Below, piece after piece: positions 56,403 to 64,000 of a DNA stretch of 64,000 bases. The first letter of the stretch is position 1; every line of letters begins with the position of its first letter. The translations under genes and the position numbers were made by a program. Source of the DNA: Eledone cirrhosa (lineage: Eukaryota). The stretch is taken from contig OZ024740.1 in NCBI GenBank assembly GCA_964016885.1, positions 81,592,001 through 81,656,000 of the forward strand, given 5' to 3'. The notes below the pieces were generated by a model, which was not told where the DNA came from, did no database searches, and worked only from the letters and a program-made list of their open reading frames with translations.

Positions 56403-57163
56403 CTAACCGTGGAGGAAGGAAACAAGCTTCATAGTTATTCTGTTAGCGTAAGCTAGGTGAATATATGAGCGCTTAGAAAAAAGACCTTTCGCGAACGAAT
56501 GCAATGTAAGAAAGACAGAAATTGCTTTCGTTACGAACGGGGTGAAGTGAGGAGAGGAGAAACAGTGAGTGAGTGAGTGGAAGTGTGAGGAAGAGTTAAC
56601 TGACACGACAGAGGGGGCGAAAGAAAGTAGGAGAAACAGAGAGAATGAGGGAGCAGTAAGAGAGAGAGAGAGAAAAAAAAACAGAATCGCAGTATAGGTA
56701 AATATATGTGATAAAATGGGGAGAAAAATACTGCTGGTAGAACATGGATAACATGTAATAAAATAAGTCCCTCATCAGTGATTTGCCGACGATCATAGAT
56801 ATTTCATTGCATTAAAATTCATATACCTCACGTCGGTGCAATAATAACTAAATTAAGTTATTAGGACAATTAAAACGCGTAAAGCGAGTGAGACAGGAAA
56901 ACAACAAGGAGTAGAGCTAACCGTAGAGGAAGGAAACAAGCTTCATAGTTATTCTGTTAGCGTAAGCTAGGTGAATATATGAGCGCTTAGAAAAAAGACC
57001 TTTCGCGAACGAATGCAATGTAAGAAAGAAAGAAATTGCTTTCGTTACGAACGGGGTGAAGTGAGGAGAGGAGAAACAGTGAGTGAGTGGAAGTGTGGGG
57101 AAGAGTTAACTGACATGACAGAGGGGGCGAAAGAAAGTAGGAGAAACAGAGAGAATAGGGAAG

Positions 57164-57215
<52 letters not shown>

Positions 57216-60200
57216 AAAACAGAATCGCAGTATAGGTAAATATATGTGATAAAATGGGGAGAAAAATACTGCTGGTAGCACATGGAAAACATGTAATAAA
57301 ATAAGTCCCTCATCAGTGATTTGCCGAGGATCATAGATATTTCATTGCATTAAAAATCATATACCTCACGTCGGTGCAATAATAACTAAATTAAGTTATT
57401 AGGACAATTAAAACGCGTATAGCGAGTGACACAGGAAAACAACAAAGAGTAGAGCTAACCGTAGAGGAAGGAAACAAGCTTCATAGTTAATCTGTTAGCG
57501 TAAGCTAGATGAATATATGAGCGCTTAGAAAAAAAAACTTTCGCGAACGAATGCAATGTAAGAAAGAGAGAAATTGCTTTCGTTAAGAACGGGGTGAAGT
57601 GAGGAGAGGAGAAACAGTGAGTGAGTGAGTGGAAGTGTGAGGAAGAGTTAACTGACACGACAGAGGGGGCGAAAGAAAGTAGGAGAAACAGAGAGAATGA
57701 GGGAGCAGTAAGAGAGAGAGAGAGAAAAAAAAACAGAATCGCAGTATAGGTAAATATATGTGATAAAATGGGGAGAAAAATACTGCTGGTAGAACATGGA
57801 TAACATGTAATAAAATAAGTCCCTCATCAGTGATTTGCCGACGATCATAGATATTTCATTGCATTAAAATTCATATACCTCACGTCGGTGCAATAATAAC
57901 TAAATTAAGTTATTAGGACAATTAAAACGCGTAAAGCGAGTGAGACAGGAAAACAACAAAGAGTAGAGCTAACCGTAGAGGAAGGAAACAAGCTTCATAG
58001 TTATTCTGTTAGCGTAAGCTAGGTGAATATATGAGCGCTTAGAAAAAAGATCTTTCGCGAACGAATGCAATGTAAGAAAGAGAGAAATTGCTTTCGTTAC
58101 GAACGGGGTGAAGTGAGGAGAGGAGAAACAGTGAGGTAGTGAGTGGAAGTGTGAGGAAGAGTTAACTGACACGACAGAGGGGGCGAAAGAAAGTAGGAGA
58201 AACAGAGAGAATGAGCAAGCAGTGAGAGAAAGAGAGAGAGAGAGAAAAAAAAACAGAATCGCAGTATAGGTAAATATAAGTGATAAAATGGGGATAAAAA
58301 TACTGCTGGTAGAACATGGATAACATGTAATAAAATAAGTCCCTCATCAGTGATTTGCCGACGATCATAGATAATTCATTGCATTAAAATTCATATACCT
58401 CACGTCGGTGCAATAATAACTAAATTAAGTTATTAGGACAATTAAAACGCGTAAAGCGAGTGAGACAGGAAAACAACAAAGAGTAGAGCTAACCGTAGAG
58501 GAAGGAAACAAGCTTCATAGTTATTCTGTTAGCGTAAGCTAGGTGAATATATGAGCGCTTAGAAAAAAGATCTTTCGCGAACGAATGCAATGTAAGAAAG
58601 AGAGAAATTGCTTTCGTTACGAACGGGGTGAAGTGAGGAGAGGAGAAACAGTGAGTGAGTGATTGGAAGTGTGGGGAAGAGTTACCTGACACGACAGAGG
58701 GGGCGAAAGAAAGTAGGAGAAACAGAGAGAATGAGGAAGCAGTGAGAGAGAGAGAGAAAAAAAAACAGAATCGCAGTCTAGGTAAATATATGTGATAAAA
58801 TGGGGAGAAAAATACTGCTGGTAGCACATGGATAACATGTAATAAAATAAGTCCCTCATCAGTGATTTGCCGACGATTATAGATATTTCATTGCATTAAA
58901 CATCATATACCTCACGTCGGTGCAATAATAACTAAATTAAGTTTTTAGGACAATTAAAACGCGTAAAGCGAGTGAGACAGGAAAACAACAAAGAGTAGAG
59001 CTAACCGTAGAGGAAGGAAACAAGCTTCATAGTTATTCTGTTAGCGTAAGCTAGGTGAATATATGAGCGCTTAGAAAAAAGAACTTTCGCGAACGAATGT
59101 AATGTAAGAAAGAGAGAAATTGCTTTCGTTACGAACGGGGTGAAGTGAGGAGAGGGGAAACAGTGAGTGAGTGAGTGGAAGTGTGAGGAAGAGTTAACTG
59201 ACACGACAGAGGGGGCGAAAGAAAGTAGGAGAAACAGAGAGAATGAGGGAGCAGTAAGAGAGAGAGAGAGAAAAAAAAACAGAATCGCAGTATAGGTAAA
59301 TATATGTGATAAAATGGGGAGAAAAATACTGCTGGTAGCACATGGAAAACATGTAATAAAATAAGTCCCTCATCAGTGATTTGCCGAGGATCATAGATAT
59401 TTCATTGCATTAAAAATCATATACCTCACGTCGGTGCAATAATAACTAAATTAAGTTATTAGGACAATTAAAACGCGTATAGCGAGTGACACAGGAAAAC
59501 AACAAAGAGTAGAGCTAACCGTAGAGGAAGGAAACAAGCTTCATAGTTATTCTGTTAGCGTAAGCTAGATGAATATATGAGCGCTTAGAAAAAAAAACTT
59601 TCGCGAACGAATGCAATGTAAGAAAGAGAGAAATTGCTTTCGTTACGAACGGGGTGAAGTGAGGAGAGGAGAAACAGTGAGTGAGTGAGTGGAAGTGTGA
59701 GGAAGAGTTAACTGACACGACAGAGGGGGCGAAAGAAAGTAGGAGAAACAGAGAGAATGAGGGAGCAGTAAGAGAGAGAGAGAGAAAAAAACAGAATCGC
59801 AGTATAGGTAAATATATGTGATAAAATGGGGAGAAAAATACTGCTGGTAGCACATGGATAACATGTAATAAAATAAGTCCCTCATCAGTGATTTGCCGAC
59901 GATCATAGATAATTCATTGCATTAAAATTCATATACCTCACGTCGGTGCAATAATAACTAAATTAAGTTATTAGGACAATTAAAACGCGTAAAGCGAGTG
60001 TGACAGGAAAACAACAAAGAGTAGAGCTAACCGTGGAGGAAGGAAACAAGCTTCATAGTTATTCTGTTAGCGTAAGCTAGGTGAATATATGAGCGCTTAG
60101 AAAAAAGACCTTTCGCGAACGAATGCAATGTAAGAAAGACAGAAATTGCTTTCGTTACGAACGGGGTGAAGTGAGGAGAAGAGAAACAGTGAGTGAGTGA

Positions 60201-60791
60201 GTGGAAGTGTGAGGAAGAGTTAACTGACACGACAGAGGGGGCGAAAGAAAGTAGGAGAAACAGAGAGAATGAGGGAGCAGTAAGAGAGAGAGAGAGAAAA
60301 AAAAACAGAATCGCAGTATAGGTAAATATATGTGATAAAATGGGGAGAAAAATACTGCTGGTAGAACATGGATAACATGTAATAAAATAAGTCCCTCATC
60401 AGTGATTTGCCGACGATCATAGATATTTCATTGCATTAAAATTCATATACCTCACGTCGGTGCAATAATAACTAAATTAAGTTATTAGGACAATTAAAAC
60501 GCGTAAAGCGAGTGAGACAGGAAAACAACAAGGAGTAGAGCTAACCGTAGAAGAAGGAAACAAGCTTCATAGTTATTCTGTTAGCGTAAGCTAGGTGAAT
60601 ATATGAGCGCTTAGAAAAAAGACCTTTCGCGAACGAATGCAATGTAAGAAAGAGAGAAATTGCTTTCGTTACGAACGGGGTGAAGTGAGGAGAGGAGAAA
60701 CAGTGAGTGAGTGAGTGGAAGTGTGGGGAAGAGTTAACTGACACGACAGAGGGGGCGAAAAAAAGTAGGAGAAACAGAGAGAATGAGGAAG

Positions 60792-60831
<40 letters not shown>

Positions 60832-63800
60832 AACAGAATCGCAGTATAGGTAAATATATGTGATAAAATGGGGAGAAAAATACTGCTGGTAGCACATGGA
60901 TAACATGTAATAAAATAAGTCCCTCATCAGTGATTTGCCGACGATCATAGATATTTCATTGCATTAAAAATCATATACCTCACGTCGGTGCAATAATAAC
61001 TAAATTAAGTTATTAGGACAATTAAAACGCGTATAGCGAGTGAGACAGGAAAACAACAAAGAGTAGAGCTAACCGTAGAGGAAGGAAACAAGCTTCATAG
61101 TTATTCTGTTAGCGTAAGCTAGGTGAATATATGAGCGCTTAGAAAAAAGATCTTTCGCGAACGAATGCAATGTAAGAAAGAGAGAAATTGCTTTCGTTAC
61201 GAACGGGGTGAAGTGAGGAGAGGAGAAACAGTGAGGTAGTGAGTGGAAGTGTGAGGAAGAGTTAACTGACACGACAGAGGGGGCGAAAGAAAGTAGGAGA
61301 AACAGAGAGAATGAGGAAGCAGTGAGAGAGAGAGAGAGAGAGAGAGAAAAAACAGAATCGCAGTATAGGTAAATATAAGTGATAAAATGGGGAGAAAAAT
61401 ACTGCTGGTAGAACATGGATAACATGTAATAAAATAAGTCCCTCATCAGTGATTTGCCGACGATCATAGATATTTCATTGCATTAAAAATCATATACCTC
61501 ACGTCCGTGCAATAATAACTAAATTAAGTTATTAGGACAATTAAAACGCGTAAAGCGAGTGAGACAGGAAAACAACAAAGAGTAGAGCTAACCGTAGAGG
61601 AAGGAAACAAGCTTCATAGTTATTCTGTTAGCGTAAGCTAGGTGAATATATGAGCGCTTAAAAAAAGACCTTTCGCGAACGAATGCAATGTAAGAAAGAG
61701 AGAAATAGCTTTCGTTACGAACGGGGTGAAGTGAGGAGAGGAGAAACAGTGAGTGAGTGAGTGGAAGTGTGGGGAAGAGTTAACTGACACGACAGAGGGG
61801 GCGAAAGAAAGTAGGAGAAACAGAGAGAATGAGGAAGCAGTGAGAGAGAGAGAGAAAAAAAAACAGAATCGCAGTATAGGTAAATATATGTGATAAATTG
61901 GGGAGAAAAATACTGCTGGTAGCACATGGATAACATGTAATAAAATAAGTCCCTCATCAGTGATTTGCCGACGATTATAGATATTTCATTGCATTAAAAA
62001 TCATATACCTCACGTCGGTGCAATAATAACTCAATTAAGTTTTTAGGACAATTAAAACGCGTAAAGCGAGTGAGACAGGAAAACAACAAAGAGTAGAGCT
62101 AACCGTAGTGGAAGGAAACAAGCTTCATAGTTATTCTGTTAGCGTAAGCTAGGTGAATATATGAGCGCTTAGAAAAAAGACCTTTCGCGAACGAATGTAA
62201 TGTAAGAAAGAGAGAAATTGCTTTCGTTACGAACGGGGTGAAGTGAGGAGAGGAGAAACAGTGAGTGAGTGAGTGGAAGTGTGAGGAAGAGTTAACTGAC
62301 ACGACAGAGGGGGCGAAAGAAAGTAGGAGAAACAGAGAGAATGAGGGAGCAGTAAGAGAGAGAGAGAGAGAGAAAAAAACAGAATCGCAGTATAGGTAAA
62401 TATATGTGATAAAATAGGGAGAAAAATACTGCTGGTAGCACATGGATAACATGTAATAAAATAAGTCCCTCATCAGTGATTTTCCGACGATCATAGATAT
62501 TTCATTGCATTAAAATTCATATACCTTACGTCGGTGCAATAATAACTAAATTAAGTTATTAGGACAATTAAAACGCGTAGAGCGAGTGAGACAGGAAAAC
62601 AACAAAGAGTAGAGCTAACCGTAGAGGAAGGAAACAAGCTTCATAGTTATTCTGTTAGCGTAAGCTAGGTGAATATATGAGCGCTTAGAAAAAAGACCTT
62701 TCGCGAACGAATGTAATGTAAGAAAGAGAGAAATTGCTTTCGTTACGAACGGGGTGAAGTGAGGAGAGGAGAAACAGTGAGTGAGTGAGTGGAAGTGTGA
62801 GGAAGAGTTAACTGACACGACAGAGGGGGCGAAAGAAAGTAGGAGAAACAGAGAGAATGAGGGAGCAGTAAGAGAGAGAGAGAGAAAAAAAAACAGAATC
62901 GCAGTATAGGTAAATATATGTGATAAAATGGGGAGAAAAATACTGCTGGTAGCACATGGATAACATGTAATAAAATAAGTCCCTCATCAGTGATTTGCCG
63001 ACGATTATAGATATTTCATTGCATTAAAAATCATATACCTCACGTCGGTGCAATAATAACTAAATTAAGTTTTTAGGACAATTAAAACGCGTAAAGCGAG
63101 TGAGACAGGAAAACAACAAAGAGTAGAGCTAACCGTAGAGGAAGGAAACAAGCTTCATAGTTATTCTGTTAGCGTAAGCTAGGTGAATATATGAGCGCTT
63201 AGAAAAAAGACCTTTCGCGAACGAATGTAATGTAAGAAAGAGAGAAATTGCTTTCGTTACGAACGGGGTGAAGTGAGGAGAGGAGAAACAGTGAGTGAGT
63301 GAGTGGAAGTGTGAGGAAGAGTTAACTGACACGACAGAGGGGGCGAAAGAAAGTAGGAGAAACAGAGAGAATGAGGGAGCAGTAAGAGAGAGAGAGAGAA
63401 AAAAAACAGAATCGCAGTATAGGTAAATATATGTGATAAAATGGGGAGAAAAATACTGCTGGTAGCACATGGATAACATGTAATAAAATAAGTCCCTCAT
63501 CAGTGATTTGCCGACGTTCATAGATAATTCATTGCATTAAAATTCATATACCTCACGTCGGTGCAATAATAAATAAATTAAGTTATTAGGACAATTAAAA
63601 CGCGTAAAGCGAGTGTGACAGGAAAACAACAAAGAGTAGAGCTAACCGTGGAGGAAGGAAACAAGCTTCATAGTTATTCTGTTAGCGTAAGCTAGGTGAA
63701 TATATGAGCGCTTAGAAAAAAGACCTTTCGCGAACGAATGCAATGTAAGAAAGATAGAAATTGCTTTCGTTACGAACGGGGTGAAGTGAGGAGAGGAGAA

Positions 63801-64000
63801 ACAGTGAGTGAGTGAGTGGAAGTGTGAGGAAGAGTTAACTGACACGACAGAGGGGGCGAAAGAAAGTAGGAGAAACAGAGAGAATGAGGGAGCAGTAAGA
63901 GAGAGAGAGAGAAAAAAAACAGAATCGCAGTATAGGTAAATATATGTGATAAAATGGGGAGAAAAATACTGCTGGTAGCACATGGATAACATGTAATAAA
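56403..64000. repeat. Degenerate 7-mer periodicity (~3620 bp)
   Basis: The linked marker set GATAATT / GTGTGAC / CCGTGG recurs at monomers 56403, 60027 and 63642 (+3624, +3615); the intervening monomers match only partly. Confidence 0.7.

Larger units (their letters stand above)
1..64000. repeat. Tandem satellite DNA array, ~515 bp monomer, ~124 copies, all in the same orientation; runs off both window edges
   Basis: The anchor AGAGCTAACCGT recurs with only point variants at 180, 696, 1208, 1722, 2235, 2750 ... 63129, 63642 (123 intervals, mean ~516 bp). Copies differ only by a few substitutions and microsatellite length. No unique sequence seen. Confidence 0.98.

Noticed and set aside
57013-57249. 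Single plus-strand ORF with an RE repeat
   Set aside because: Created by the AGTG contraction and (GA)22 expansion in one monomer.
180-63992. Repeated minus-strand ORFs of 65-135 aa (MIVGKSLMRDLF... / ...KLVSFLYG)
   Set aside because: They are translations of the pyrimidine-rich strand and (TC)n tract. The frame is broken at random by microsatellite length in most copies, and there is no recognisable domain. A contingency-locus-like phase-variable peptide cannot be formally excluded but has no support.
1-64000. CRISPR array or cassette-type array
   Set aside because: No unique spacers; the whole unit is repeated and no cas or integrase gene is present.
1-64000. Strand inversion or inserted transposon within the array
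   Set aside because: Every inter-anchor distance is 511-542 bp and all monomers share one orientation.

Overview
The whole 64 kb window is one uninterrupted head-to-tail tandem array of an AT-rich monomer of about 514-516 bp (range about 511-542 bp). It contains 123 complete monomers counted from the CTAACCGT anchor at 180 to the one at 63642, plus partial copies at both ends. It looks like eukaryotic satellite DNA, possibly centromeric or pericentromeric; I do not recognise the family or the organism. I see no credible protein-coding gene, tRNA, rRNA, CRISPR array or inserted transposon, and the ORF track is the same low-complexity minus-strand frame repeated in each monomer. Inside each monomer there is a CENP-B-box-like 17-mer (8/9 core positions, 9/9 in three copies), several short dyads, an (AGTG)4 tract, a variable (GA)n-A-run, and a weak hammerhead-core-like motif on the minus strand. 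Across the array, shared private variants define a changing series of higher-order repeats (5/7-, 2-, 4-, 5-, 6-, 15/16-, 8- and 7-mers) joined through chimeric monomers. All comparisons were made by eye; no alignment or database search was run.
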